The notes under the pieces were generated by a model. That model saw only the letters and a program-made list of their open reading frames with translations, had not been told where the DNA came from and did no database searches. Below are positions 25,570 through 39,908 of a stretch of DNA of 64,000 nt, piece after piece; the stretch's first letter is position 1; each line of letters begins with the position of its first letter. Source of the stretch: Octopus sinensis (lineage: Eukaryota); assembly GCF_006345805.1 (NCBI RefSeq), contig NC_042999.1, positions 98,890,001 to 98,954,000 on the forward strand. The letters run 5' to 3'. The translations under genes were made by a program, and so were the position numbers.

Positions 25570-27099
25570 CTTTTATGTATTAATACAAGAAGCTATCTCA
25601 GGATGGTACTCTTATAATGGTACTCTTATAATATATCCCTATGAACCATCCAACCATGTCAGTATAGAAAGCAGACATTAAGCGATGATGATGATGATAA
25701 TTAAGTTGGGTTTGAAGACTGATATCACTTTATTCATTTTTGCAGGCAGCAGAGTCAATTCTGGACAAGTTTTGGTCCCATTAGATCTCTTCACTGAAGC
25801 ATATGCCTCAGCATATTTGTCAAAGTAGTTAAAAGTAAAATATTGTAGATAATCACTAAGTAAAATATTGTAGATAATCAGATGTGTAAGTATCAAAAAT
25901 TAGCATATTTAAAAATATAACCCTTAAGGCTAATTACTTAGAGGCACCATTTGCATGAGAATGAATAATTAAATTAACGTTAACATATATAATGTAGTGT
26001 GTTTCAGAAAAGCCTTATTAGAAATACTTATGTAATGAAGGAAAATGTTAACTCAAAGACTAATAATATTTCAATCACTTTGGCAAGTGTGAGAGATAGC
26101 TCTAGATGTGCTTCTGTCTTAATGGATTTCCTATGCAACTGAAAGACTTCATCATACTTGTCCAAATAGCTATGAAGGAATTATAAATAGTTGTATAATA
26201 TTTTATGCCAATAGTATAAGTAATTAGTATTTAAAAAAATAAATCAGTAGAATGGCTTTATTATTGACTGAAACAAGAAAATAATAAAAAAAAACCCAAA
26301 TAAAAATGAAAATTAAGAAACTGTAATTCGTAGAAGCATTATTAGCTTTGTAAGATGAATGCAAAATGTTAACAGTTATATAATTAGAATTGGTTTGGAA
26401 TGAATGTTTCTTATTCATCTGTGTATAAATTATCAAAGATTTTCTTCCTGCATGTGAAGAATCCTTATAATCTTCATTCTGTTTTGACATTACTGTATTA
26501 TAGGTGATGATTAGGATGTTTTAACTGTAAACTATCACTTACTGTCAGCTATTTTCAGCTCTTAATAGTTGTACTTCAGCTCCAGCTAGTTTTGAAAGAT
26601 TCAAGAAGTGTATTCTAAATTAGAGTCTCTTTTTCCTGCTGGCATAAATACAACCTTCTATGTGAAATCTGAAGATTCATAATTTTTCTTGTGAAAGATA
26701 TAGCAATGATTTCCTATTGCCTTCTGTCCATTTATTTAGGGCAATGTCTACTCACTAGTGAGCTTGTGTGACACATATCTTGGGCCTTTGAATTTTTTAT
26801 GTTTTAGTTACAAGATCATTCTGACATTTAATCCTTACATGAAAACTTTGGCATATAGTACCATTCTGGTCAGAGTGGACTCTGTAGGACAGAGATGACT
26901 TGAGGGTAGCTCAAATTTCCCCCCAAAACTCCTGGATTTCCAAGCTGTATCCAGCCTCATCACTGCATACAGTTTAGTGTCTTATCCAAGACATTAGAGT
27001 ACTGTTTATATTTCTGGACTGGAGTAGCAGCTGCAACAATAATCATTTAACATTGCACAAGCCCCAGTGCACCAACATGCACTAGAAGAGGAAACCATT

Positions 27100-29930
27100 A
27101 CACTATTGCTCAACTTGCTAGAAATAACAGTCAAACCTTTATCATATCATATCTTATCATCTTAGAAAAGAAAGATACAATCCTTAGGTCACTGTACCTG
27201 GGAAAATGAAGGGATGGTTGTGGCTGGAATTTCACTAAACCTAGTTTTGCTTGACGAAAGATTATCCAAAGCTAGAGTACTACAACTATTAGTACACAAA
27301 CATATAGTGTTCACTCAGACATTTCTGTTACTGTTACTATAATTTCTGGTCTTCTGAATTAATAAGGTGTATATCACTAAATATGCTTGCCTCTCCTTCT
27401 CTCATTATCCATGTTGTATTCTTCATGCCAACTCTAATACCTCAGAAAATTCTTTCTAATCATATTTTTCCCATTAGAACTTCAGCCCTTTTGAACTAAC
27501 TCCCTGCCCCAACATCCCTTGACAAATATCTGTTTGCAGGAGTTGAAGCTAAAGATCATTCTTGTTGACCTTTTTCATCTTGGAGAGCCCACAGTTACTA
27601 TGGCAACTATATCACTACTTTGGATTAGATTACGACTTTATCCGTAATAATGATTTCAGCTATAGACACGAGGTTACACTTTTGGTGGGTTTGGGATGCT
27701 TAGTAAATTAAACTGACTTCACTCTCAGGTACTTGTATGATACTTTATTTTATCAGTTCTGGAAGGATAAAAGTAAAAGTTGATTTCAACAGGATCTGAA
27801 GTCAGTATATAAAGGGATGAAACCAAATAACCATTGACTCAATAATAATAATAATAATGATGATAATAATAATAATAATAATGATAATAATAATAATAAT
27901 AATAATAATCCTTTTTACCATAGATAGGCACAAGGACCACAGTTTTATGGGAGGGGTCAAACTAATACTTATTTCATTGACCATGAAAGGAAGAAAGGTA
28001 AAGTCAACTTCAGTGGAATTTGAACACAGAACATAAAGAACTGAAAGCAATGCCACTGAGCATTTTGTCCAATGTGCTAACAATTTTGTCAGCTTGTTGC
28101 CTTAATGATAATGATAAATAATAATAATAACTACAATAATGATTTCTTTTATTTGTCATTGGGACATAGATGACGGGGGCATCACAAGGACAGTATACAG
28201 TTTGCATAAAGATTAACATAAGAGATTAATGATTCTGGAAACAAAGAGGCTTGGAAATATCATTATGAAAGACTGCTGAACATGGAACCGGCTATCCAAA
28301 TCGACAGTACTTTAGTAGATAAAGCAACTAAGGATATGAAAATAGGAAAACCTCCAGCCCATCAGATATCACCCCTGAGATGCTTAAAATACCTGGCAGT
28401 GTGTGTTATGGTCTAGTCACCCATATTGTAAATTAGGTGGTTCACGAAGGAGTCATACCCAATGACTGGCATAGCAGCACCATAATCAACTGCTACAAAG
28501 GTAAAGGTGATACCTTAGATAGAAATAATTACAGAGGTGTCAAATTGTTGGATCAGTTGATGAAAGTTACCGAGAGGGTCATAGCCCAACTAATTAGGGA
28601 GTGTGTTAGTCTAACATGGGTGTGGTCCAATGACTGAAACCAATTAAAATACAAATATTTAGATTCTGCTGTAAATACAGATTCCAACATTGTGGCTAGT
28701 TGTGAGGTAAATGCATGTCAATAAATCTTTGCCGCATAAGAGAGTCTCTAGATGATTGTCCAACCTGCAAGAAATAGCAGCTTAGTATCCCTTAAATTAA
28801 TGTCCAGTTTTAAACAAAGAAGGACATATCAGATAATGCAGTCCTAGATATTCCTAAAATGAAGAGATGGTCATGGCTGAAAAACTTTTGATTGAATGTA
28901 CTTGATCAGGAATAACTAATGGCTAAACACCAACAATGCCTACAACTACAACAACAACCTGACCAATTCTCAAAATCTTCTCAAGTCACATATAACAGTG
29001 TCACTTGATCTGCCTACTAGAATTAATTTAGGCTACTTATTTGTGTTACTCTAGTAAGAAGTGAGGACCCTTGAAAAGAAAAGGTTTTATGAACCAATGT
29101 GAGAATTTCTACTGTGATGTTTTGACCTGCATCAAACAGTAGCTAAATTTCTATCAAATCATATCACATCATCGTGAAAGGAAAGATAGCCATATTGGGG
29201 GAATTTTGGAAAGAATGTCTTTTATCATAGGTTTGCTTGATATGGGCTTCTTGGAGCTAGAGAACAACAACAAAATATTTTTAGAGCATGATGCCTGAAT
29301 TCAATTGAATAATAAATTGCATTATCACCAATGATTTCTCCAGTATTGACCTTCATTCTTATACATAAAGTACAATATTGCTATTACAGAAATCTTGTTC
29401 TTGTTACTTTCATATTTCATATGTTCACAACATATGTTCAGCTTTTCTAAATCAATAAAATTAGTACTAATCAATCATTGAGATTGATATAATTGACTCT
29501 GCTCTCCTCTCCCTTCCAGCGTTTATTGTTTTATTTTTGTCAGAAAACCTTATTTTAGTATCTGTTACTTCTGTCATATACAACATTTGGTTAGCCTTAC
29601 TCTTTGCTATTGTGGATACATAATGTGGAAGCTGATTCATATTATTATCATTGTTGTTTAGCCCCTGGTTAGTCCTGACTGAGCAGTTGTATGATCAAAT
29701 GCATTTCTATCCTGATCATTCAGATTTTGTATTTTCATTTTTTTCCAACAATGCATATAGGTCTACATCAAGTGTCCAAACCATGCCAGCATGGAAAATG
29801 GATGTTAAAGGATGATGATGATCTTCATCACCCAATGTGTCGTTCCTGCTTTCAGATTGCAGGGTATGATTCAAAGGGGATTAGGCTTCTGTTTCTCAGA
29901 GATCATGTAGCTATATAGCAGTTTCATTGT
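27100..29930. repeat. Cluster of copies of an old ~200-bp interspersed repeat (..gctagaaatagcagccaaat...ggatggtcatggctggaat...gggctaaacaacaac)
   Basis: Diverged copies at about 27100-27290, 28745-28960, 29120-29275 and 29650-29930 (-). Also at about 9945-10140, 20200-20400, 22100-22190, 32480-32670, 34235-34415 and 46450-46650. Confidence 0.6.
28235..28612 (+). mobile_element. RTE LINE RT-region fragment
   Basis: EGVIPNDWHSSTIINCYKGKGDTLDRNNYRGVKLLDQ; near-identical family to 53915-54517. Confidence 0.85.
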
Positions 29931-30419
29931 TGGCTTGTGTTGACTTTCCTCAGTCATTATATTTTTTCCTTTTTTAAAGGTGGCAGTGCTTTAGTTTTGC
30001 TCGACTAACAAAACAGGTTTCCCTCTGTATTTTATGTTTATATGGCTAACAATATGGAAAAGTATCCAACTGTAAAAACAACTGCTCTTAGAAAATACAA
30101 ATGACAGTTTTGTCCCATCTATCTAAGCAAAGAAAAATAGATGAAAAAAAGTTGAGAAAAATATATTACAGCATGAAAGAAAAATTAACCATGAATCATT
30201 GATATTAAAAGACAATCAAACAGTAATATAAAAGATAAATGTTTGAGCTTACTGAATGCAATAACCTTTAAGATAAGTTATAATGGTCATAAAATTCATA
30301 TGAATTGCATGACTAACATGACTATATGAAGAGCCATGAAAACATTCTATAAAACAGAATAGGAAATGTAGTCAATCAGATCTTAGTATATTAACAAAAA
30401 AACAAAGAAACATACACAC

Positions 30420-30464
<45 letters not shown>

Positions 30465-31102
30465 TTCATGCACACACACACACACACACATGATTGACTC
30501 TGCTGATTTTGATGTGGGAGCATCCAGTTGCTTGATCAAATGAACAAGCTACTCATTGACTCAGTATATAATGTTGACAGGCATTCGATAGAGACACATA
30601 TACCCTTAATGTAATTCTTAGGTGTGTGTGTATGCATGTAAGTATGTGTGCTTGAATACATGTATGCATATTTGTGGGTGTATGTATATATTATGTATAT
30701 ATGTTTAATCACAACAAATTGGGCTGGTTAGATAATGTTAGTGATAAAACAAATTTCAGATGTAGCTATAGAGAAAGTTCAGGAAATATTTTGTCAATAT
30801 AAGAGGTAGTTATTGACATAAGAGAAATATTTGAGTGTATACATGCAGTAATAAATTCATCACTGCAGAACAGAAAGGACTGTAGGGTTTCTTCTCAATT
30901 AATAAAATGAAATAAATGAATTAAGGACATTAAGTGACCAATTACATTAAATCACATTAAGTGATGCTACTTCCACTGTGCCTTTCTTGATACCTCCCTC
31001 AATTTTCTCTTTCACTATCACCCTGTCTGTTAGTCTCTCTCCTCTTCCATACACACTTATTGCACATATGATGGATTTCCCTTCAAATTTTATATAGGAA
31101 CA

Positions 31103-31133
<31 letters not shown>

Positions 31134-31537
31134 TCACATGTGAGCACAGTTACATATGCATACATATATATTCATATAATAATCACATGATCATATGACC
31201 AACCAAACTATTGGTTGTTGTTATACATCACTGGTCACAATAGGCTTTATCTTGTTTTTAGCTTTTGAATGATGCCACCCCACTGTTTTGGCTAGTAGGC
31301 CAACATTCCGCCTGAGTGGAAAAGCCAGTCTGTCTCAGGATTACCCATTTACAGATGAGTGGACTGGAGCGACATGAAATGAAGTGTTTTGCTCAAGAAC
31401 ATAATGCACCATTTAGCTTGGGAATTGACACCATGATCTAGTGATCATGAGTCCCACACATCTTCACATGTACATATCAAAATATATAATGAAAATTTGT
31501 TGAGAGGCATAAAATACTAAATGCGTTAAATAATGAT

Positions 31538-31586
<49 letters not shown>

Positions 31587-33179
31587 ATATATATCATACA
31601 CATTTGTTCTTTGATTAGAACACAGTTCTAGCAGAGTGGAAATAGTTGATTATTTTATAACAGAAATTGGCGAAATAGAATTGCTATTGTTACTGTTGTT
31701 ACCTGGAATGACAGGATAAAATGCTTTGTTATGACTGTTGTTTTTATTGTTTAACATGTAACCCAGAATACATTATCCAATGTGTTTATTATTCAAGGTG
31801 GTAGGTTGTTTAAGGTGGTAGGATGTTTAGGAGCTATTTCTATTGGGTCAAATATTCCACACATGTGCTCAATTGTTGACTTGAAAAGTCTATGCTGTAT
31901 TGATGGTGTGGAACATCTAGGTTACATATTGTTCCTTTATCCTTATCTCATTGGTTATTGGTGTTGTTCCCTAGTAATAAACGTATGTTATGGACTAGTG
32001 GTCAGTGCATTGCCTTTATTTCGATGCTAACTGATATTCATAGAACAAAGTTATAAAACGTCTTTGTTTTGAAATATAATTGATAGAAGTTAGCCAAATT
32101 GAATAAAATCATTTTTTTAAATTCTTTTTTTTTTCTTTTTTTTTATAACCATAAAAATATTTATAAATTTATTGGTTTTGATCTGGAAAGATAATTCAGT
32201 GACCATATTTATTTTGATTAATGGTAATTAACTTTAAAATAGCCACAACTATCTTTCAGAAAATAACAATATTTCTCTAGTAATGACAAAATTGTCTAGG
32301 CTTTTTATATCTAAGTAATATAATGAAATTAATTTAACCATTACAGCAATAAAATTACTTGGTATTAATTCTGTTTTTGTTGAATTGGGAAGTATAAAAT
32401 TCAAAAGAAAGCAATACTCTAATGAATTACTAGAATGCATTTTATCTCAGTGTAATGTGACTTGATTAATGTAGTTTTGATGTTGCTCTTGTTGTTTTCC
32501 TCAAGTTGACCCTGATTGCCCTTATCTATAAACAAAGGCATACAAACCTTAACCATTTCATTTTCATTTCAGGTATAGGATATCTAAGAATACATCATAC
32601 AATATATTTGTTTTTAATAGAATATAAATGAAGAAATTTAGTTGCTAGTTATAGAAGGTCAAGCCAACATATATTATACTGTAGCTCAATATAGTGCAAT
32701 AGTGTAGTAATGTAGAATGGAGTTCCAGGTGATTTTAAATGTGTTTATACCTGTAGTTGATTGAGCAAATCTATGTGGCCCATTGTGGCCCTTCTCTTGT
32801 CTATTTTAATGTATAGTGTATCGAAGACTAAACTATTCAATGTGTTCTTTTTTTCATCTTCACTTTCAAGAGTACGGAATCAGTACCAACAGTACACTGT
32901 ACTTGATCCAACTTACTTCACTTTTTCCATCTAAAATCTCTGTAATTTCATTGTTATTGTCTCAAGCAGAAATAAGTATTGTTAGGGTCTATCAATTGTG
33001 GGATTAATTATGCCCAGAAAGAAATGCCTGGTTGCAATATGAAGTTTTTAACCAGACAGTCAAGTGCGTAATAACGATATATTTCTTTTCCAAGTTCTCA
33101 ATTTGATAATCACTTATTTGTAAGAGACAGACTAGGTAATTTTTTGAAAATAAACTTTCTCACTATGTCTATCTATCTA

Positions 33180-33211
<32 letters not shown>

Positions 33212-33936
33212 AAATCATCATCATCAAAATTATCATAACATCCATTTTTCCATGGGTTGGATGGAGTTTATTAAGCCAGATGTTCTATGGCTGGATGCTC
33301 TTCCTGTTGCATGTATATACCTTTTATCAATTTTTTTTCGATATTATTTAAGGACATTTGAATGGTCATTTAAAATTTAACAAAAAATTTTATCTTTGGC
33401 AAATTTTGGATTCAATGTTAATAGTCAGACTAACTTCAAAAACTGTTGTAATATACATCTAAACTAATTTCCCTTGACATTTGTTGCTGATAGTGCCTAC
33501 ATTTCAACTTTAATTTATATTTCTTAACAAAGTTGTTTATTTGTGTTTTTTTTTTAAAATTTATTACCTTCTATTTTTAATTTATAAATTATTTTCTGCT
33601 TTGTTGCAAATTGTTATTGTTGGAGCATGTGTGTGTGTGTGAGATTATAACTGTTCTTTGTGTGGGTGTAGTTGTGTGTTTACACCTGCATGTGTTATTT
33701 TTACGCAAACATCTAGCTTAATTTAGGTGCAGTGTTTATTCTGGTTTTATTTGTCCAAATGTTATTTTCATTGTCTTTCTCTTGCATCACAATGACTAAG
33801 TGATAGAAACAATATAACTGTGTACATAATGAATTGGTTATTAGATTACTATCTATGGAATCATGAATTCAAATTCACTGCTGGCATTTTATTGTGTTCT
33901 TGAACAAAACCTTTTATTTATCCCTAATACATCTAC

Positions 33937-34201
33937 GTGGAGGCGCATGGCTTAGTGGTTAGGGTGTCAGCATCATGATCGTAAGATTGCGGTTTCAATT
34001 CCTGGACTGGCCGACGTGTTGTGTTCTTGAGCAAAACACTTCATTTCACGTTGCTCCAGTCCACTCAGCTGGCAAAAATGAGTAACGCTGCGATGGGCTG
34101 GCATTCCATCCAGCTGGGGAACACATATGCCAAAGAAACCGGGAAATCGGGCCCATGAGTCTGGCTAGGTTTTAAAAGGGTGCATTTATTTTATTTTATT
34201 T
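33937..34201 (+). mobile_element. Full-length tRNA-derived SINE (V/Meta-domain-like) with 12-bp TSD
   Basis: A box tggcttagtgg, B box ggtttcaattcc, (TTTTA)n tail. TSD taatacatctac at 33925-33936 and 34202-34213. Confidence 0.88.
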
Positions 34202-36614
34202 TAATACATCTACTGCCACAAAACAAATCAAGGCAGTCATTCAATCTGCTTGAAATGGCAACCAGATGTCCTTAAAATTTCTAGCTATTGTCTAAAATAA
34301 AGGACACATTTCCCAATGTAGTCCATTATATATAAAGATGAGATAATTGCAAGAGGAATACCTTTGATCATAAATTTGCTTGATCAGGTTTGATCAGAGA
34401 TTAAATGAGCAACTAAATTTACCCTTAAAAATCTAACGGGGGTTTGGAAGGTCATTTCCATTACAATATACACCAGTCCCAATATCATCGTAATCATAAA
34501 TTGTTAAGCTAGCTATCATTCCATCTCTATAATTATGTATTTATTCAGTCAATTAATGTACTTTAGTCACTTCATTTTACTCAGTTTCTTCAGTTTCACT
34601 TTTCTTGATGTCTTATCAGTCATCATAATTTTTCATTCATGCCTCAGTCAACAGACTTTTGCTCCTTTATCAAGAAACACTTATCAGTTTCCACTCTATC
34701 TGTCTTCATATAACAAGATAATCATAATTCATAATCATTATTCACCAAGCACTATTTAAGTTTCACTACTTTCTCAAATGTTTGTAGTCCTTATGCTTAT
34801 ATTCACACACACACACACACACATGCACACACACACATACATACACACACACATACACACACACACAGAGTTAGTCAGTCATAAATTGTCTCATATACAA
34901 TTACTTACATATATTAACAGATTTTATTAATAACACTATAGCATTATCAAAATCTTGGTCTTTGGAGTTTTCTTGCTTCACACTTATATGTAGCAAATTG
35001 GCAGAGCTGTTAAGAATGTGGGATAAAATGCTTTGCAGTGTTTGTTCCAGTATACCATGATCTGAGTTCAAATCTCACCAAGGTCAAATTCCTTTCTATT
35101 TGACATGACCTTTTTTGGAAAGTAACTAATAGAAAGTACCACTAAAGTAGAATGGTAGAATTGTTGGAGCGTTGACCTAACAGGTTGTGGTATTTGCTTT
35201 GGCTCCTTTCATTCTGAGTTCTTGTGGTCCTTTAAGGGAGTTTTTGTTGTAACATTGAGGCCAAATATTCAGTTTCAGGATAACTTACTCCTTCTTCTAA
35301 CCTGTTTACCTGGCTTTGAAAAAAAAATAAAGGACCATAGATGTTGCTTTTCTAGTGGTTGATTTGTAAAACAATAATTAATTAAAGTAACATCTGTTAA
35401 AAGGTTTCTAGATTTTCTTTCCACTGTAGCTAGGCCTTCACTGGATAAAATCATTGTTTTCTGTTTCAATACAAGAAAATAAGAACTTGTGAGAAGTGTG
35501 TCTTTATACCCATAACCCATATAAACTGACAGTTTAATACCATATATGCATTAACCAAGAAAGAAGTCATTTTTACATCCTTTAATCTACAAGCCCTTTG
35601 TTACTTGTTGTTTAGTTTGATGGATAGAATCAAAATTCTTAGTCAAACATAATTTTATTTTGTTACTCCTTATCTTTTGTTTGGTCAATGTTTTTATGAT
35701 ATAGAAGAAATGGCAGAATTCAGTCTAAAATTATCATCACTTCTGGCTCACTGTTCTGCTTACTAAACTATCATTTGACATCTAATCATTTATATTCAAT
35801 ACTAATGACTGATTAATACCCATCAACAGAAACATTAAATGTTGTAATCTGAACATGATCCAAAATGCCGATAGTCATGTAATTATTTAAGTCTTCGATG
35901 TACAATGCAAAAGCTTTTATGTTATATTTAACAGTAATTATCTACTAGTGAAATTTGCAATATCATCATTGCAAATAGAAAGAAATTTGGGGTTTAGATA
36001 CAAGGAAATCTTATTGATTTTTCACTGATATTCATTAACTCAAAATTGACTCAGACATTATCCCATTATCCGATATTAATATAAACTGGGATACTAATTC
36101 TGAATAAGCAATAAGATGTTAAGTCTCTATGGCAGAGATAACAGGTTCAAACATCAGCTGTATTATGTAGTTTTTATTGTGCGGCTAGTTGAAATATAAT
36201 TGATGAGTGACTAAGTTGCTTGACTACTGACTATATAGAAGGTACTGGCATGACTGTGTGGTAAAAAGCTTGCTTCCTAACTTCATAGATTCATGTTCAG
36301 TCTCACTGTGTGGCAACTTGGGCAAATGCCTTCTATTATAAGCCCGGGTTAACCAAGGCCTTGTTAGTGGATTTGCCAGACAGAAACTGACAGAAGGAGA
36401 TTGTTGGATATATACTCTTTTACTCTTGTTTCAGTCATTTGACTGTGGCCATGCTGGAGCACCGCCTTTAGTTGAACAAATCAACCCCAGGAATTATTCT
36501 TTGTAAGCCTAGTACTTATCCTGAGAGTCTCTTTTGCTAAACTGCTAAGTTACAGGGATGTAAACACGCCAACATTGGTTGTCAAGTGATGGTGGGGGTC
36601 AAACATAGCCACAA

Positions 36615-36659
<45 letters not shown>

Positions 36660-38391
36660 TACGATGGGCTTCTTATAGTTTCCATCTACCAAATCCATTC
36701 ACATGGCTTTGGTTTGCCCATGGTTATAGTAGAAGATACTTGCCCAAGGTGACATGCAGTGGCACTGAACCTGGAACCATGTGGCTGGTTAGTCCTGAGG
36801 TCAATTTGTTTGATCAAACTCTTCAAAGCAGTGCCCCAGGATGGCCACAGTCCAACTACCAAAACAAGTGACAAATAAATGATAGTCATAAATTCCAATT
36901 ATTTTGAAGCTATTATTTTGTGTTTCACTAAAGCAAGTAATTTTACCAGTCCCTTTCTTGTCCTTGCACACCTGACTCACATCTCAGCAAGTTGTGTCAT
37001 AGCAGTCATTTGACATTATACTCAACTTTATCTTTTATCAGGGTCTAAAGCTGGGGTGCCTACACCCGCTGGGTGTGTATGATGGCATTTCAATAGATGA
37101 CAAAGTAGGAAAGTACATATGTTATTAAAATCACTTTTACAAATAAAATTATCAACTTTTAAAAATAGCAGTATTGCATTAAGTACACAAATTATTTTAT
37201 CATTTTACTTATTATGACCAAGAAATCTGTCCTCATTCCATTTATATCAACACATTTGTATAAACCTGAATTCAGTTCTCTTCTGTCAATCAAGACAAAA
37301 TGAAAGAATTATTTGAATCCACAGGCAGATCTTTGGGTTGCAACCAGTTAGGTAGTTTTATGATTTGATAAAGTTGCAAATGAGAAGCAGGAACAATCAA
37401 GTCATTGTATTTTATGTTCATAATTGCTGTTAATTTCACTGTTTACTATTTCCCCCACTTACTCAATTTACACTTGCATTTTATGTACTGAGTCCAAAGC
37501 TTGATTTTTTAAACTTTTATATTCAATTTGTTCTTCCACAGTACTGAATGTGGTTCAATTAAAATATGAATAAATTAATACAAAATCAAACTTTTTCACT
37601 TCACTTTTAAATGTGATACTGATTCATCAATGTTTTCATTTTCAAATATGATATTAACTTTGTACGGGTATGAAATTTAATCAAACATATTGTTACAGAA
37701 AATATTTGGAAGCACTGTGTTATGCATGTAGTTGGCGTTTACATGTCTGAGGTATTTTGGAAGTGCCTGTGCTCTTTACAGGTTGACAATCGACAAGTTC
37801 TAGTCTTATTTCATTGTTGAATATCTTATCAGTAGAAATGTTATCAAATAGAAAAAATCAATTGCTGCTCCTATAAACAAAAACATTCCACCTATGCAAA
37901 CCTGATAAGAGAGCATCTACTTAAAAGCAAAAGATCATTAAATAAGAAATGTTTGATCTTTGTCAAGATGTTAGTTATTCAAAGTTTAACTGGTTTTAAA
38001 ACTACACAAATTACACAAACCTGTTTAGAAAAAAAAAAAGAATAAAATAAAATAAAGCAAAGCAAAATGTGAACTGTAAATTAATACGTTTTTAATTAAG
38101 CTGTTGTTGATTTAAAATTAAATAAAATGCCAATGTTCATGCAATAAAAAATAAAACTGTTGATTTTAAACTGAAGACTATAAATCTTTAAATTTATCTT
38201 ATCAATTAAAATATCTGTTTAATGTAGAACTAATTGGAAATGTATTTTATTCTTATATCCCTAGAGGTAAGAAATTAAACCTAGATCTAAATCAATTTTA
38301 AAAAAATACAAAATTGTCATTTTCTTCCTTCAAAAATTGTATACAAATATTCTATTATCTATTATGGAAATCATTATTTTGACTTTTGCAG

Positions 38392-38488
38392 ATGGAAAAT
38401 ATCTTGGACCGTATGCAAGATGAAAATACTGGAGTACCTGTGAAAACAGTAAAAAGTTTCATGTCAAAAGTCCCCAGTGTTTTTACAG
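38392..38488 (+). CDS. RGS7: Internal coding exon (97 nt, phase 0 to phase 1) of an R7-family regulator of G-protein signalling (RGS7/RGS6/EGL-10-like), N-terminal DEP region
   Basis: Acceptor ttttgacttttgcag ends at 38391 and donor GTATGT starts at 38489. Translation [32 protein letters not shown](G) closely matches vertebrate RGS7 [33 protein letters not shown] (recalled). Too short to appear in the ORF track. Confidence 0.93.
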
Positions 38489-39593
38489 GTATGTTGCACA
38501 ATATTTTTTTTGTGTATGAAACAACTCACATTTATTGTGGCTGAAGGGTAAAATACAGAAGTAGTGAATCAATGATGGAAATATAATAAAAAAAACTACT
38601 GATGTGAAACTAGCCTACATACTCAATTCTCTATGCTGCTATATTATGATATACATACATCATAAGCTTATAGGTATACATGTATATGTTTATATAAATA
38701 TATATATATATATATAAATGTATGTATGCTTATATATATGTGTTTATATATATAGAGATATATATACATATATATATGTATATGTATATATATGTATATA
38801 ATGTTGAAGCTACAGATTGAAGATTGCACTTTTCAGTTATTTCAAATATTTTTCATCCTCCTCTCCAGGTGCTCTCTCTCTATAGTCAGCAAGACTGACA
38901 GATGCCATTCATCTATTCAAAACCTACCTACATTCATACATACTCTCAATATTACCTCATCTGGTGGCAAGCTGGCAGAATCGTTAGCATACCGGGTGAA
39001 ATGCTTAGTGGTATTTCGTCTGCCATTACGTTCTGAGCCCAAATTCTGCCGAGATCGACTTTACCTTTTATCCTTTTGGAGTCAATTAAATGAGTACCAG
39101 TTACATATGTTTATTCCCACCCTGCCTGAGGTTACCATGGTCTTTTCTGTAGGCTTTTCTTTCCATAAACCTAATCTTTTTACATTTTTAAAATTCTTCT
39201 GTGATACACGATCCCTATTGATCGTTTTTTTCTTCTTTTTTTTTTTGTTCCTGATCCCTTTTGATAGGAATTTTACTTTCTTTCTTATTTTTCCCCTTTT
39301 TTTCATTTTCGAAAAGAAAGCTCTACATTTTGTATTTGTCCCCTCAGTGTTCAGCCCTGTGTCACCAGTAAAGAAAGTTATCTATCTGTCTGTTTGTCTA
39401 TCTAGATTGATCACTAGCCACTAAACCTTTTTTATTTTCTCTCTCTGCTTATATCTGTGTTCCTTTCTGTTGAAGAGCATGGGCATGAAACATAAAAGAC
39501 TTTCTCATTTCCTGAGCATTAAACTAATGCATCTGTTTGTTGTTTACACACCTGTCTTCATATTTTTTTTTTTTGGTAAATTCCAACTGTATA

Positions 39594-39624
<31 letters not shown>

Positions 39625-39861
39625 CTGTCTGTCCTCTCCTGCCATGACTTGACAACCAATGCTGGTGTTTCTATGTTCCTGTAACTTAGTGGTTTAGAAA
39701 AAGAGACTGATAGAATAAGTACTAGACTCACAATGAATAAGTCCTGGTGTCAATAAGTCCTAGATTCAAAGAATAAATCCTGGATCCAATTTCTTCAATT
39801 ATAACACTTTAAGGTGGTGCTCCAGCATGGACGCAGTGAAATGACTGGAACAAGTAAAAGA

Positions 39862-39900
<39 letters not shown>

Positions 39901-39908
39901 ATATATAT

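Noticed and set aside
37040-37720. Possible old hAT relic
   Set aside because: Only one end resembles a TIR; no matching TIR or TSD could be confirmed.
38792-39424. 210-aa ORF next to the RGS7 exon
   Set aside because: Runs through a SINE and a T-rich LINE UTR; no similarity to RGS proteins.
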